A stretch of DNA of 64,000 bases from Octopus sinensis (GCF_006345805.1 NC_043011.1:30206464-30270463); one strand, 5' to 3'; counted from the stretch's first letter, positions 38,688-53,172 are shown. Numbers and translations are program-made. Notes: generated by a model from the letters alone, not told the origin.

Positions 38688-40212
38688 TATGCTTATTCAT
38701 AATAATTGTCTGACATGTGGTTCGATCATACTAATTGCATATTGTTGCATATTTATATGCAGCAATTTATGCATTATTAGTATGATCTCTTCAGGCTATA
38801 TAAATATGACATTGCTAAATTAGGTCTTTCATATTTTCTTTTTAGGTGGGATAGGGATATCCTTAATTGATACATCCAAATGCATTTTCTCATTTTCAGG
38901 TTATCTATCTTTATCTGTTTGCTTCCAGGTGAAATATATATATAATATATGAAATATATATATATATAGATATATATATATATAGATAAATATATATTAT
39001 ATATATTAATAAATAAAACATATGCATATATATTACATATATGTACATACCTACCTCTACATGTAATATATACATGCATATATGAGTACAGGACACCAAA
39101 AAACTTTGAACACAATGAGAAACGAAAACATAGACACAAACCCAAGGAACTGGACATTTTTCTTAAACAACAAAAAAATAGAGTACAGGACAAATAACAC
39201 AAGGAAAATTCCCCTTCTTCAGTCGCCATGGTTTCATCTACTCTACGTTTCAAAGGTGAAGGCGAGACATATCTTCGATAGAAACTTTCCTTCCTGCGAA
39301 AAGCAAATCAAATAAAATTTGAGATCTTTTTGCAGAGGGGTAAAAATGGTAACAAAAACAGGACAGTAACGACAGTACAAAATATAAGCAGTAAAAGACA
39401 GGACAAGGAAAATAACAAGACAAGAAGGGCTGTTAAGCCGAACAAAAAAAAGTATTACGAACGCTATTTCTGTGGACGGCGAAGGGGGCAAAGAAAATTG
39501 CCGTCCATACCTCAAGAAGGTAAGGCGAGAAAGAAGGTGGCAAGGCTCTCGTCGAGGGTTAACGGCAGGAGGGAGGAGAAGGAGTAGTAAGAGAAAGGGA
39601 GAGAAAAAGGGGAATGGTTGCGATGAAACCAGAAAGAATGAAGAATGAGAGAGAGTGAAGAATGAGAGAGAGGGAGAGACAGTTAAGTGGAAGAAAAGGA
39701 AATCAAAGAATGAAGGCTGAGAAAGGGATATATATATATATATAACAAGGTATAACTAACGGTCATGACATATCATTTTTATTGTAGTAAATTTAACTTA
39801 TAGCTGTTTCCAGTAGTTATTATAGGTTCATTATTGATTGGTTTACTCAATCAGCCTGTTGGTCAGTTGAGAAAATTTGGATAACCTAAAAATCTAACGC
39901 GAATTTCATCTGAGTCATTTCTGATTATAACCAAAGAGAATGTGTGTGTGTGTGTATGTTTAATTATTTGTATTTGTACAGCCAAAACAATGCAAGTTAT
40001 GAGATACAATACAGGTCTATGTTTTGTTTCTACAGCACATAACATCATTTCTCCTAAAATTTCCTGAAGGAGCCCTAACCCCGAAATATTGAAATACAAG
40101 GTAAAAGTACAAACCATTGACTTGCACTATTTCAAATAACTTGCATTCTTTTTGATGAATAAAAAAAATATTTAATGTTTTTATATATATGTACATACAT
40201 ACATATATATAC

Positions 40213-40264
<52 letters not shown>

Positions 40265-40300
40265 GTTTATATATATAACCATGTAAATTAGACTACAGTA

Positions 40301-40356
<56 letters not shown>

Positions 40357-41676
40357 TACATATATGTATGTGAGAGAGTGAACAAGAGAGAAAGGTCAAT
40401 AATGGCAGTGGTCAGGCAGACACCAATTTGAAGCAGTATTTTATGAGATGACGATTTAATATCAAGCTGTCAGGCAGGCATTATTTCCCTGTGCTTTTCC
40501 ATTTGTACGCATGCACACACACACACACACATACACACAAAAGATGAAAAGAAAGAGAGAGACAAAGATGACATCTCTTTATATTATGTTCATTTTTCTA
40601 TTGGCATAGACCAGGTAGACATACCTCAAGCAATATTCTAAGGTTAAATGAATGTTTAATATCTTGATGCCTGGCAGACACAATATTCCTATGTCTTTCA
40701 ATTTATATATATTTTATATTGTAAAGTAATATACTTCTGGTTAAGGTATATAACTAGTCAGAATGCTACCGCTGGTTTCATACAGAATATTGCACTTACA
40801 AAGATATGTTGAGTGGGAAGAATTAAGTTATACAAAGACAAGGGTAAGGGTGAAAGACGTTTTATAACGTATAAATGAATGAATTTGAATTATTAAACAC
40901 AATTGTTTGCTTGGAAACATATGTAACATATGATATAAATTACTAGCTAGGTTGTCAGGTTCGCTCCTTCCACATCTCAATTCACCTGTCTTTGCTCATA
41001 TTGCAACCTCAGTGTTATTAAACTGGTCAAGAAAAACGATCAGTAACATAATTACTTTATGAATTTAATTAACTGGCATGGCTGTGTGATTAAGAAGTTT
41101 TCTTCTTGGCCACATAGCTCTGGGTTAAGTCCCAATTCATGGCACCTTGTGTAAGTGTCTTCCTCTATAGGCCCAAGCAGTTCAAAGCTTTGCAAGTGAA
41201 TTCGATAGATTGAAACTGAAAGAAGCTCATCATGTATGTGTGTGTGTTTATGTGTATGTAAGACTTATTCACATAGTTTTGAATTAAATATGCATTTCTC
41301 ATAACTTTGAGATTTTTATGTCAATTGTTAGAATGGTGTTGTAGGATAGGTGTGAGAGGCCAGATCTGGCCCACTTGAGTGTAAAACAGGAAGAATATTT
41401 GGGCTGGATATGGCTGGTTTAAATGCTAAAGGATGATTAAATTTGCCCAACACTAAAGTTTTGAAGGCTCCAGTAAAGTCCAAGGATGAAAGTTGTTTAT
41501 ATATAATATATAATCAGTGATTAAAATATTTGGTCTGATATTTTGAGCTCTGGCTCTTCATCAAAGAAGAGTGTATGTTTTATACACCACGATTGCAATA
41601 TTTCCTAAATATTGGACTACTTCTTTCTTTCACTACAGTAACAACATTTATGTAAACTACACCTCCCACTTTACAG

Positions 41677-41725
41677 GACCCGTTCTTCACAGGTGTCATT
41701 TCACTTACAAGGACTTGTTAAATGA
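41677..41725 (+). CDS. Candidate terminal exon (R)TRSSQVSFHLQGLVK*
   Basis: Acceptor cacctcccactttacag; a second acceptor at 41638/41639 opens a longer frame to 41942. Confidence 0.2.
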
Positions 41726-42492
41726 CGCAAGATATACTATACGTGAGGAAACTGCAGAACATTGTCAACAAGCTAAGTATCAACCTGTAATGAATGCCAG
41801 CCAAAGAAGAAAGAAAAAGACGGAAAAGAGCAACAACAAAAACAACATGATGATGATAACAGTGATGTTGATGGTGATGATGATAGCGATGATGATTATG
41901 ATGATGATGATAATGATAATGGTGATGGTGATGATCACATAAGCAAAGAGCTCAGCAGAAAGTGATGGAGGTAAAATAGAAAGTTCACTGGACAGGAACA
42001 AAATAAACACTACACTTCAGACTCTTGTTCTCTCTCTCTCTCTCTCTCTCGCTTTCTCTCTCGCTTTCTCTCTCACTTTCTCTCTCCACACAAACACAAA
42101 TTTAATTATACATGCCTCTGATTACATTATGGCCATTTTAAAATCACTACGGTCAAGTTAGATATTCAAAATAAGATTAAATACGAATTCCCTAGCCATC
42201 CTATTGAATGTAAACATATTTAATGTTTGTTTAAACTGTGTGGGTGAACGTGTCATAGGGAGAGAAAGTTGGAAAATATAGGGAAGGATGAGGTGGAGAG
42301 AGGGAGAGTGAGAGGCATGCAAAGTGTGAAAGAGAGGTTGACACAGGAAAAGGAGAAGGAGAGTGGGAAAAGGATACTAAGTGCTTTGAGATATCCAAAT
42401 TCATCAATATATCATAATCATTGTTTTAATGTCCACGTTTTCATGCTGCCAAGGATCAGACACAGGTTTATATATGTGTGTGTGTGTGTGTG

Positions 42493-42790
42493 AAGGCCTA
42501 TGGCTCAATGGTTAGACCGTCGAGCTTACAATTGTGAGGTTGTGAGTTCGAATCTCAGACCGGGCTGTGTATTGTGTTCTTGAGCAAGACACTTTATTTC
42601 ATGTTGCTCCAGTTCACTTAGCTGTAGAAATGAGTTGCAACGTCACAGGTGCCAAGCTGTATCAGCCTTTGCCTTTCCCTTGGATAACGGACTGGTGGTC
42701 TTCCATAAACAACCTTGCCTGGACTTGTGCCTAGGAGGGTAACCTTCTAGGTGTAATCCCATGGTCAGTCATGACCGAAGGGGGTCTCAG
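42493..42790 (+). mobile_element. SINE family C
   Basis: Family match with internal deletion. Confidence 0.85.
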
Positions 42791-42791
42791 C

Positions 42792-42827
<36 letters not shown>

Positions 42828-43769
42828 ACAGTCCAAGAGCTATAATAGGACACAATTTCCTGCAGGGCTATACAGTGAGACTGAACCCGAAACCATGTGG
42901 TTGACATACAAACTTCTTAACTACATAGTCATAACTGTGTACATAGCCACACTTGAAAAATGGAGGAGGGGTAGTGAAAAGCAAACTGACAGGCAACTAG
43001 ATATATCTTGAAAAAATTCCAAGGTGACTATGATTCAACAAGAGGATCTAATACATAACTATGTATAATGTTTTTTGCTTATATAATTGAATATTTAAAA
43101 TTATATTTGCGCATCAGTATTTTTTTTTAAAATTCTTCTGAAGAAGTACTGCGCAATTCTAAGATGTTTAGATGTATATATGAAATGTTTAAATATAATT
43201 ATAATATATTTATATATATTTAAATCGCAATTGAGCAGGTGTTTAAAAATATGAGTATTTTACTAAACATATACCTTTGAAAAAATACTTAGCAATTCTA
43301 AGTTATGCACTTGATTACCTGTATTTATGGTATGAGTGTGTGTATGAAGGTATGTGCTCTAGAGATTAAGATGTTGAGCTCACAATCATTAACATTTGAG
43401 TTAAGTTCTTTAACTAGGCAGCATGTTGTATTCATGAGCAAAGGACATGGTTTCACATTGGTTCAGTCTACTTAGCTGTAAAGAATAGCTTGATGCTGCT
43501 GCTGCTGCTTCTTCTTCTCTTTCATTCTTCTTCTTCTTCTCCTTCCAATCAGGACTCATGCCATTAGCCACAAAGAATAATCTCTAATTCAAACCTACTC
43601 TAAGCTACTAGGAATGTGTGTGGCAACTTGAAGATCCACCCACCACACACAATAGACTGGTGGTTGCATTCCATAAACAGTGGCTTTTAATGGGTGGAGA
43701 GCTGAACCATCAGGGGGTACAGAGGATTCGCAATCTAGACTAGGGTCTAAAAGTTTTACCACACCATAG

Positions 43770-44001
43770 TGGGTTACACCATGGTTCCTCTGTTTGTGGA
43801 AGAAGTAGGAAGTAAGAGTGAGAGAAAGTGGTGGGGAAAGAGTACAATGGGGTTCACTCACCCCCACCTCCCCACCGCCGGAGCCTCATGGAGCTTAGGT
43901 GTTTTTACTCGATAAACAATCACAATGCCCGGTCTGGGAATCGAAACCGAGCTCTTACGACCGCGAGTCTGCTGCCCTAACCACTGGGCCATTGCACCTC
44001 C
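43770..44001 (-). mobile_element. SINE family D-related copy
   Basis: tRNA-like head on minus strand. Confidence 0.8.
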
Positions 44002-44487
44002 ACAGGTGCTGCTGCTGTCTTCTCTCTTATGGTGGTAGGGCTGAAAAAATGTATATACCTACTCGCAACTACATAGGTATCTAAAGCTATTAGCCAAAGC
44101 ATGTTGCATATTACCAACTCATTTTTGTTTGCAAGTGAAGGCTACGAATTTTGGTTCATCATCATCATCGTCATCATCATCATCATCATCATTTAACATC
44201 CATTTTCTACACTGGCATGGATCAAATGGTTTCACAGAAGCCAGAAAACCAGAAGACTGTGCCAAGCTCTGTTATCTAATTCAGGATGGTTTCTACAACT
44301 GGATTGCTCTTTTTAATATCAAAAACTTTACAGAGTGTACTGGGTGCTTTTGTTGTGGCACAAGTACCAGTGGGATCACCAACTAACTTACTAAACAAAG
44401 ACCCCCTCAAATGAGAGGGGAGTAGTATTGAGGGAAGTGGCTATTTGCCAGTTGATAAGAGGTTAAAAAATACAAAAGAATAGATTC

Positions 44488-44542
<55 letters not shown>

Positions 44543-45473
44543 CTAATATAGGATAAAAGTTTGCGAAAAAACTTTTATCAATGGCCAACATATTAAAAAA
44601 TACCTTTAAAGGTTAAATTTATAAACAAGGGCAAAAGAAAAGAATTTCTAATGCCAAATATGCCAAAACTAGACACAACGTCTATAACCATATAAGTCAT
44701 CACTATAAGCATGCATCTCGAAGAAAGCCGACAGAAATTTCTAAAAAATTCCATTATTATCATATCGGACCCGATTTCAGAGTTAATTCATAAGAACTTT
44801 CTTTTCGTCAGTGATAAATGCGGCAAAGAAATAAATGAAATACCTACTTATACCCATGGAAGAAGCAAACACTCAGTCATGAGCACAATTAAGTACCCCA
44901 AATATATCCAAAATAGATAAGTTATATGTATATACACACACACACACATATACTTAGTATTAATTAATTAATGATGCATTAGGTGGTTGGTTAATGAGGT
45001 ATACTCAAGATATCCCTGATAATTATTCACCTTTATTGCTATCCATCACTCTGTCATCACTTATCTTTAATGCTTTTCTTTCATGAGGTCGTCAATACTC
45101 AATCTTTTAGCAACCAACAAGTTGCTAACACTGTCTCTCTTCCACTACTCTCCCCTTGCCATCATCTAATAACTATCACTATATCTCCACCACCACACTC
45201 ATATTTTTCTTTTCTTTCATGATCTTTTAATCACCCTTCACATTTTCTTTGAAAAAGAAGAAACGTTGTAGAGTAAAACAAACTCTTTGGTCATGGAAGG
45301 GACAAAGCAATATCTCGATATGTGGTGCCACAATATTCTAAGGTTGAATGCCCAACACGATGTTGGCATTAAACCCCAGAAAATATGTCAGAAAATATCC
45401 AACTATAAAAAAAATGCATCCTTGCCAAGAGATGAACCTTTGGCCTGTCTAAAGAGGCAATAAGAACAGACTT

Positions 45474-45507
<34 letters not shown>

Positions 45508-45683
45508 ATATATGTAAGAATAAGAGCAGACTTTATATATATATAAGTATAAATATATATTTACATTTTTTACATCCATCTTCATGTCAGAGTGGTCATC
45601 CATTCATCTAACCATCTGTTTATCTACCCATCTATGTCAATCTCCCTATTGACAAACTGATCTGTCTATCAATGTATTTCTCC

Positions 45684-45725
<42 letters not shown>

Positions 45726-45732
45726 ATATATA

Positions 45733-45767
<35 letters not shown>

Positions 45768-45800
45768 CTTTATTTTAAGCAGCAGAAAATTCAACAAAAT

Positions 45801-45838
45801 CTGTTACTCTGAGTTTCTCGTTGCCGTTCATCAGACAG
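45801..45838 (-). ncRNA. Type I hammerhead ribozyme in a short TA-embedded pLTR fragment
   Basis: CUGU-CUGAUGA-aCG gcaa CGa-GAAACUC a GAGUA^-ACAG. Confidence 0.7.
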
Positions 45839-45868
45839 TTTTTGCTCTATAATATATATATATATCTG

Positions 45869-45906
<38 letters not shown>

Positions 45907-45980
45907 AATCTGTCTGTCTATCTATGTATCTATCTGTCTATCTATCTATATATCTATCTGTCTATCTGTCTATCTATCTG

Positions 45981-46043
<63 letters not shown>

Positions 46044-46410
46044 GTCTATCTATCTATCTATCTATATATCTGACAATCTGTTTATTAATCCTTTTATCCA
46101 TTTCTATCTCTTTACCTCTCTATTTGTTTATTAGGATCTACTTTACAGAAGATGACAGTATTACATAGAATCAATAATTCGAACAGTATATTACTTGCTT
46201 TGGCTGACAATCAGTAAAAATCTATAGGCAAATATTTGGATATATATATATGTATATATATGCTTCAAAGGTGTGTTATATATTACTGTCTCTGTTTGTG
46301 GTGCAGACACTAAGACACACAGACAACCTTAAGCTTGTGTGTTTGTGTTTGTGTGTGCGTGTGTGTGCATGCACGCGTGCATTTTATCCTTTAAGTTCAC
46401 ATTTATATAG

Positions 46411-46477
46411 ATCTTTCACACAGCATGAGTTTTCTCAAGAACCATCCATCCATTTGTATCATGTACTATACACCTGA
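46411..46477 (+). CDS. Candidate terminal exon (R)[21 protein letters not shown]
   Basis: Acceptor ttcacatttatatag, phase 2; followed by long SINE-free AU-rich sequence with AATAAA clusters (47500-47620). Confidence 0.2.
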
Positions 46478-46584
46478 ACTGCTAATGGACTCAACATCAT
46501 CAACAACATCACCAACAACTACAACAACACAGAAAAACAAAGATACATACACATACATATATAGAAATACATTATATATATATG

Positions 46585-46619
<35 letters not shown>

Positions 46620-46638
46620 ATATGTGTATATATATTTG

Positions 46639-46689
<51 letters not shown>

Positions 46690-46869
46690 TATATGTATAT
46701 ATGTATATATATTTATGTGTGTATATATATATACACACACACAAAATATATAATGAAAACAAGACAGCACAATAATACAGAAATACATAAACTCCTACAT
46801 GCACACACATGCAAAACTATAATGAAAAATATATAGACAACACATGTATATATGTATATAAATATATAT

Positions 46870-46950
<81 letters not shown>

Positions 46951-48089
46951 AATATTATAATGAAAAATAAACAAACTATTGTAGAAAAGGGTTGCAAAGT
47001 GAAAAATAAAGCTAAGTAAAATTATTCCTGAGATTATTGTAGGATAACTTTTTTTCATTTTCTCTTGCTATTTATTTTATTTTTTCGCTTTTGCTGGTGA
47101 GGAGGGGGGGCTCTGCAGTTATAAAATAAAAGAACAAATAAGTTGAAGAAATAGAAATGCATATATTCATTCAGATACCTTAATGATAATATATTCTTTC
47201 TCAAAACCAGTAACCACTTTTAGACTTTAAATTGAAAATCCTCAACTATTTTGCTTATTATTATCATTATTATTATTTTTTTATTAATATTATTGTTATC
47301 ATCATCATCATAATCATTATTATTATTATTATTATTGTTATTATTAATTTATTTTCTGTGTTCCATCAACAATGTGATTCTTTGCTTATGTTTTTTATTT
47401 CTGTTTTTTATTGCTGTTTTTGATTTTTGTTTGTTTGTTTGCGTTTATTTTTTTTTTTGTTTTTCAAAGAAATTTGTATGAAAATACTTAAGTAGAATAG
47501 GAGTGAATAAAATAATAAAATGAAATTTAGTGAAAGATTTTAAATATAAAAATAAAAATAAATTAGATATGTAAATAAATAAGTAACATGAAATTTCTAT
47601 TGAAAGTAGCTAAATAAAGTGATGGCATTTTGATAAGCTAATTGAGTCCTCTTTGTAACAGAGCAGTAAAAAGGTGATGGTGGTGGTGGTTGTAGTGGTG
47701 GTGTAGTTAACAAGGGAGAAAGTTTTATCGATGGATTTCCGCTAAATTTTATTTTCATATTTGTTAACATTTGACATAGCTGGAAAAATATTTTGGTAAT
47801 CTTTTCCGAAATTCTTTGAGGAAGCTGGTGATGATGGTGTTTGTCAGTAACGGCTAATATAAGAGTTAGATATGATATTTACTATAAAGAATTTAGAAGC
47901 TAACATTTTGGGTTATGCCCTGACTTCCAGCTACAATTGAAGAAAGGAGTGTTGTGGTGGTTAATTTGCAGTTCGATTATTTGGCTTGGCTGTGTGCTGC
48001 TCCTAAACAAGTAAAAGATAAAAGATAGTTACACAACCTGCTAAAAATAGTACCTAAATCTCCTTCATTTCATGGTATTTTAAACAGAT

Positions 48090-48309
48090 ACTCTTTTTAC
48101 TCTTTTACTCTTTTACTTGTTTCAGTCATTTGACTGCAGCCATGCTGGAGCACTGCCTTTTAGTCGAGCAAATCGACCCCGGGACTTATTCTTTGTAAGC
48201 CCAGTACTTATTCTATCGGTCTCTTGTGCCGAACCGCTAAGTGACGGGGACATAAACACACCAGCATCGGTTGTCAAGCAATGCTAGGGGGACAAACACA
48301 GACACACAA

Positions 48310-48344
<35 letters not shown>

Positions 48345-48500
48345 CGACAGGCTTCTTTCAGTTTCCGTCTACCAAATCCACTCACAAGGTATTGGTCGGC
48401 CCAGGGCTATAGCAGAAGACACTTGCCCAAGATGCCACGCAGTGGGACTGAACCCGGAACCATGTGGTTGATTAGCAAGCTACTTACCACACAGCCACTC
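48090..48500 (-). mobile_element. SINE family A, full length
   Basis: Family match. Confidence 0.93.
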
Positions 48501-48900
48501 GGTGAATATTTGTGTACAGCTATTTGCCATTTTTTAAAAATTTTACTTTTCTTAATTGTATACAATGCCAGAGCCAATGAGGTAGGGTGTGGTTAGAAGG
48601 AGAATTGGTTGCTATTTCTAGCAATCATTCAACCTGTTAAAAGTAGCAACCAATTCTCCTTCAAACCACATCCCACCATCTTAAAAAAAGATGACACTGG
48701 AAAATGTGATCTTCATGATCCTAGATATACTGTATCAGGAATACAAAATACAACAAAAAAAAGACAGGATGGTCATAGCTGGAACGCCTTTTGATTAACA
48801 GTCTGCTTGATGAAAACTTGCCTAAGAGTAAGCAACAATCTCAAGAGTCACATGCTCTGCTAGAAATGGCAGGCATATTCTTCTTAAATTTTAGTTGCTA

Positions 48901-49073
48901 AGTGGCTGTGTGGTAAGTAGCTTGCTTACGAACCACATGGCTCCGGGTTCAGTCCCACTGTGTGGCACCTTGGGCAAGTGTCTTCTACTATAGCCTTGGG
49001 GCAACCAAAGCCTTGTGAGTGGATTTGGTAGACAGAAACTGAAAGAAGCCTGCCGTATATATGTATGTATATT

Positions 49074-49117
<44 letters not shown>

Positions 49118-49480
49118 GATATATATATAGATATATATATATTATATATATATATTCTAATATATTAGAATTTTCTCTGATTTCTCAGATTTTTGTATGC
49201 TGGACTACTGGTTTTAAATTGATATTAAAATTATTAATTTATCTCCCTCATTATTAAATATATTATATATATATATATATGTATGTGTGTGTATATGTTT
49301 GCGCATCTGTGTATGTCCACCCAACATCACTTAACAACCGATGCTGGTGTGTTTATATCCCTGTAACTTAGCAGTTTAGCAAAAGAGACGGATAGAATAA
49401 GTATTAGGCTTACAAAGAATAAGTCCTGGGGTCGATTTGCTCGACTAAAGGTGGTGCTCCAGCATGGCCACAGTCAAATG
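48901..49480 (+). mobile_element. SINE family A with an insertion in its central TA tract
   Basis: Family match on both sides of 49150-49260. Confidence 0.88.
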
Positions 49481-49924
49481 AGAGTAAACCAATTGATATA
49501 TATGAACGTACAACACCTCAGCTATGGCTATCCTACAATGCAGTTGCTAGATTTATGAAACTACAATATTTCACATTCATGCTCTTAGTATTAGATACCC
49601 GAATGGAATAAAGCATCAAAAGTTCATATTTTCTGCTTGACTATTTCTAAAAGGTAGTTGTTCATTAAAGCGAGTTTAATTCCATTGACCTCAAGGGAAA
49701 GTAAGAAATTAAAACTGTGACTTTCTGCTTTTCTCTAAAAGCATTGAAAGTAAAACAGAACCAAACTGAAATGGATACAGCTAAGAATCAAAATATTGCT
49801 GTGAGTTTCTTCACAACACAACTGTCACAACAGCAACCTTTGAATCAGCTTTTGTATGGTCTCTCAACCTGCTTGAAATCTTCATTAAACTACTGTCTTG
49901 TAAACAAAGAATACATGCTAGGCT

Positions 49925-50478
49925 AAGCATGGTTGTGTGGTAAGAAATCTGCTTTCCAACCACGTGGTTTTGTGTTCAGTCCCACTGTGGGACATCTTGG
50001 ACAAGTGTTTTCTACTACAGCTCCAAGCCAACAATGACTTATGAGTGGATATGATAGAGAGAAACTGAAAGAAGCCCATCATATCTTCTTTTGTTTGTTT
50101 CAGTCATTAGATTGTGGCCATACTGGGGCACCGTCTTAAAGAATTCTTAGTTAAGTGAATCAACCCCAGGACTTATTATTTGTAAGCCTAGCACTTATTT
50201 TATTGGTCTGTTTTGCCAAACCACTAAGTTACAGGGATGTAAACACACCAACATCGGTTGTCAAGCATGGTGGGAGGACAAACACAGACATACAAACACA
50301 CACATACACACATATGCATATATATGATGGGCTTTTTACTGTTTCCGTCTACCAGATCCACTCGCAAGGCTTTGGTCAGTCCAAGGCTATAGTAGAAAAC
50401 ACTTGCTTAAGATATCATGCAGTGGGACTGAACCTGGGACCATGTGGTTGGTAAGCAAGCTACTTACCACACAGTCAC
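49925..50478. mobile_element. Adjacent inverted SINE A copies (+ head 49925-50080; - copy 50088-50478)
   Basis: Family match. Confidence 0.85.
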
Positions 50479-50679
50479 ATAAAATTATTAGAAATAATAA
50501 TTCAAACCAGTGGTCAGCATGTGTAAAATAATATCCGTAGACCATAAATATTTTTATAATATATAAATGTGTATAAAATTATACATGTCTACATTCAATG
50601 TGTATAAATAAAGATGTATTACATGCTTTAGGGATTTGACATCTCTTTTTAGCACGTGGGAAGCCTACCTTAGTGGGTG

Positions 50680-50726
50680 AGGGAGGAGGAGGAGGAGAGA
50701 ATAGGCAATGAATGAGGGAAGAGGGA

Positions 50727-50763
<37 letters not shown>

Positions 50764-50958
50764 ATGAGGAAGAAAAGAGGAAGAGGTGATGGAGAAGGAG
50801 GAGGAGAGGGAGAAGAAGGAGGAGAAGAAGAAGAAGAAGAAGAAGAAGAAGGAGGAGGAGGAGGAGGAGGAGAAGAAGAAGAAGAAGAAGAAGAGGAAGA
50901 GAAGAAGAAGAAGGAGGAGGAGGAGGAGAAGGAGAAGGAGAAGAAGAAGAAGAAGAAA
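50680..50958. repeat. Polypurine (GAAA)/(GAA)/(GAG) tract
   Basis: Direct reading. Confidence 0.95.
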
Positions 50959-51159
50959 TACTAGTATACATATTAGACATGTTCTTCATTCACTGAGGGC
51001 ACAGCAGAGATGGATTGCTAAATTGAGCATGGAGGGTTTTGAATTCATAGTTCCGAACAGCAGAACGAATGCCAAAAGTCATTTCTGCCCTATGCTCCAA
51101 TGAGCCTATCAAATTTATTGCCATATAAATTGTAAATCATGTAGAATGTTTAACTCGTA

Positions 51160-51375
51160 TTCTTTTCTACTCTTGGCACAAAACCCAAAATTTTTAGAGA
51201 GGAGGCCAGTTGATTAGATAAACCCCAGCACATAACTGGTACTTAATTTATTGACTCTGAAAGGATAAAAGGCAAGGCCAACCTCACCAGAATTTTAATT
51301 CAGAACGTAAAGATGGACGAAATACTGCTAAGCATTTTGCCCGGTGTGCTAACATTTCTGCCAGCTCACTACCTT
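51160..51375 (-). mobile_element. SINE family B variant
   Basis: Family match. Confidence 0.82.
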
Positions 51376-51450
51376 CGATGTCTAACACATATTGTATTAA
51401 ATCTTGTTGTATGCCACAAATCTAATATTGATTAGTTAATGAAAAGTACA

Positions 51451-51803
<353 letters not shown>

Positions 51804-51828
51804 GCGTATATATAAGTATGTATGTATA

Positions 51829-52150
51829 TGGCTCAGTGGTTAGAGCGTCGAGCTTACGATCGTGAGGTTGTGAGCTCGAATCCCGGACCGGGCTGCGTGT
51901 TGTGTTCTTGAGCAAGGCACTTTATTTCACGTTGCTCCAGTTCACTCAGCTGTAGAAATGAGTTGCGACGTCACTGGTGCCAAGCTGTATCGACCTTTGT
52001 CTTTCCCTTGGATAACACTGGTGGCGTGGAGAGGGGAGGCTGGTATGCATGGGCGACTGCTGGTCTTCCATAAACAATCTTGCCCGGACTTGTGTCTAGG
52101 AGGGTAACTTTCTAGGTGCAATCCCATGGTCATTCATGACCGAAGGGGGT
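51829..52150 (+). mobile_element. SINE family C, CpG-rich young copy
   Basis: tggctcagtggttagagc A box, gagctcgaatcc B box. Confidence 0.92.
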
Positions 52151-53172
52151 CTTTACCCTTTTATAAGTCAATTGTTGTTTAACAGTTAACCTACTATTTA
52201 TTGTGACCATCATAAGTTCAGAATCTGTCAACGAATATTATGCTGTAATTACTGGACACAGTACATTCTGTACCAACTTAATGCACGGACACTGGGCAGT
52301 TGGCCAGGAGCCCCACAAGTCTAGTGGCTCAGTTTTGACCCATGTATGCAGTGGCTTTCTATCAATCAATAAATATAGGGCCAAGTACATTGAATTGGGA
52401 TGTTTGTTTTTTTTTTTGGTGCGGGGGCTATAATGCTGCTACGACAGCTCTGAATATATTACACTAATTCTGTGATTACAAGCTCAGCCATGTGGGTAAG
52501 AAGTTTGCTTCATAATAATATTAATAATCTTGTTTCAGTTTTGATCCCATTGCACAACAACCTGGGTAAGAGCAGGTAACTTCTATCATAATCTCAACTA
52601 GACCAAAGGCATGTGAGTAAAATTGGGGAAAACAGAAAACTGTACAGAAACCTCTCAGATGGAATGTATCTCCTGAATCTCAGTTGCCCCCCCCCCCATC
52701 TCTCTCTCTCTATCTGATGTAGGTTTTTGATTTTTCATGACAAAGATTATGGTTAATGTTGCTCTTCTTCAATATAAGATGACTGAGTGCAACTGATGAT
52801 GTGGCACAGATGATAAGACATTTAACTTGTTTTGGTGACAGAACATTTTGGCACTGGAGACACACACACACAACACACACACACACACACACACACACAC
52901 CACACACACACACACACTGGGAGACACATGCCTGTGCAGAAATTTACATGCAAATAGAGAAAGTGAAAGAGAGGGATGGGAGAGTGTGACATTACAAGCT
53001 ATTGACTTAACACAGTTGGCATAAAGACTTCCCCTCTCTTCATATACATAGAAATATGCATACACATATAAACAGAGAGAGAGAGAGAGTACAATTTTAT
53101 AATTGAACATGACTGACATAAACACTTCCTCTGTCCTCATACAAATAAATAGACATTAGCTCACATACTCGT

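Noticed and set aside
41709-41784. Minus-strand exon-like segment (cag / gtaagt) whose frame would open if two TAG codons were edited to TGG
   Set aside because: Needs two unsupported editing events; no homology recognised
47599-47855. About 85-codon open minus-strand frame after an AG
   Set aside because: Not protein-like, partly (CCA)n repeat, no donor; compatible with chance or UTR
50579-51103. Poly-Glu/Lys/Arg/Leu ORFs
   Set aside because: Polypurine simple repeat
51829-51900. tRNA-like sequences
   Set aside because: They are SINE heads with A/B boxes continuing into SINE bodies, without a full cloverleaf or terminator
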